Assembly (NCBI GenBank): GCA_049424145.1
Contig: JBMSSC010000060.1
Location: forward strand, 1-15,702
Length of the DNA stretch: 15,702 bases
Direction of reading: 5' to 3'
From: Bdellovibrionia bacterium
Lineage (GTDB): Bacteria; Bdellovibrionota; UBA1018
Shown here: positions 14,803 to 15,702 of the stretch, in pieces
Position numbering within the stretch: position 1 is the stretch's first letter
How the letters are laid out: each line of letters opens with the position of its first letter
Notes under the pieces: generated by a model
The model's input: only the letters and a program-made list of their open reading frames with translations
Told to the model about the DNA's origin: nothing
Databases searched by the model: none
Translations under genes and position numbers: made by a program

Positions 14803-15702
14803 TTAAAACCGACGAATGCACCGAACATAAAAGACGGAGGTTTTAGCTGAAACGTTGGCTGAGTAATTAGCAAATTGAATGTTCCAGTTACCTGAAGCTG
14901 TACTTTCCGTTGTAGTCCAATAAGCAGATGGAAGACTATATCTTACTCCACTTAAACTTTGAGCGTTATTAAAGAGAAAGCGAAGTTCTTGCCTTGCAGG
15001 AAGGTACCAGTCCGTATATCCAGCATACCCTCCGGATGAATTGATGTTATTACAAAATTGAGCTGCTGCCGTTGTTGTATAGGTGGTCGCAACGTAAGCA
15101 GTCGTCCCTTTTCCATCCACTTCACTATTGCCTCCCAGGATGGTTGTTGCTTCAGAACCAGTTGCGTAAGGCAGCGTAACGGAGTCCTGTGCTCCGTCAC
15201 AAACATAGGGTGTTCCTGCCTGACAGTTTCCCGGTGTGGTAAAGTACTGTGAACCATTATAGATCCCCATGTAGATATTTCCCACTCCCCAACAGCTCTG
15301 ACCAATGGTACAGTCTTCAGTACTCCGGGTCACTGCCCAAAAATTTCCGATCTTTGATAGAGTGACTGAGGCTAAGTTCCTGCCCTGCATCTCAAAAACC
15401 TGAAGTCCATTTGCAAAACCATCCGATCCACTCGGAGTGAGACTCAAGGTTTTAGGCACCTGTCGGACGACTGTCACCTGCCAACCATCCGGAAGACCAC
15501 TCAAAGGAGGGAGCGTAAAGACGCCATCAGCCGAATTCGTGTAATTCAAATAATATCCAGCCTGATCATTCGTAATGGTATAAGGAGTCGTGCTGATGGT
15601 TGCCCTTTTTGATATTGCCGTACTTAAGGTAGTCCACACGTTAGACATGTAACCCTCAAAAGTACCTAAATCCGAGTTAAACCTCAAATCACCCGACTGA
15701 GC
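14803..15702 (-). CDS. 3' part of a fibre/adhesin-like protein with C-terminal DUF1566 (Lcl-type, C-type lectin fold) domain; 5' end outside window
   Basis: Frame open to the window edge (AQSGDLRFNSDLGTFEGY…, a tail-fibre-like motif), then a YTIT…FTLP…DGWQVTV segment, and C-terminal GYTDWYLPARQEL…YWTTTE…YVRCIRRF typical of DUF1566. Confidence 0.8.
   Translation of the reverse strand, partial: AQSGDLRFNSDLGTFEGYMSNVWTTLSTAISKRATISTTPYTITNDQAGYYLNYTNSADGVFTLPPLSGLPDGWQVTVVRQVPKTLSLTPSGSDGFANGLQVFEMQGRNLASVTLSKIGNFWAVTRSTEDCTIGQSCWGVGNIYMGIYNGSQYFTTPGNCQAGTPYVCDGAQDSVTLPYATGSEATTILGGNSEVDGKGTTAYVATTYTTTAAAQFCNNINSSGGYAGYTDWYLPARQELRFLFNNAQSLSGVRYSLPSAYWTTTESTASGNWNIQFANYSANVSAKTSVFYVRCIRRF

Overview
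Bacterial chromosomal segment. The gene mix (lipoprotein S8 protease, fibre-like DUF1566 protein, stand-alone motAB, small beta-barrel) suggests a Bdellovibrionota/Oligoflexia-like organism; this is inference only. Confident calls are queC, tRNA-Leu(GAG), rlmH, motA-motB and a 1314-aa TPPII/pyrolysin-like S8 peptidase, plus several secreted or outer-membrane hypothetical proteins and the 3' part of a fibre-like protein with a DUF1566/Lcl-type C-terminal domain. Three things stand out. (1) An intact Xer-like tyrosine recombinase has its R-K-H-R-H catalytic residues replaced (L, no K, R, R, L) but keeps the Tyr. (2) That gene is flanked by base-paired non-coding segments, including a ~136-nt GC-clamped candidate ncRNA upstream on the same strand. 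(3) An unannotated 3' remnant of an IS200/IS605 tnpB with trailing hairpins (the omegaRNA region) lies upstream of queC. All folds were paired by eye and no database search was run.
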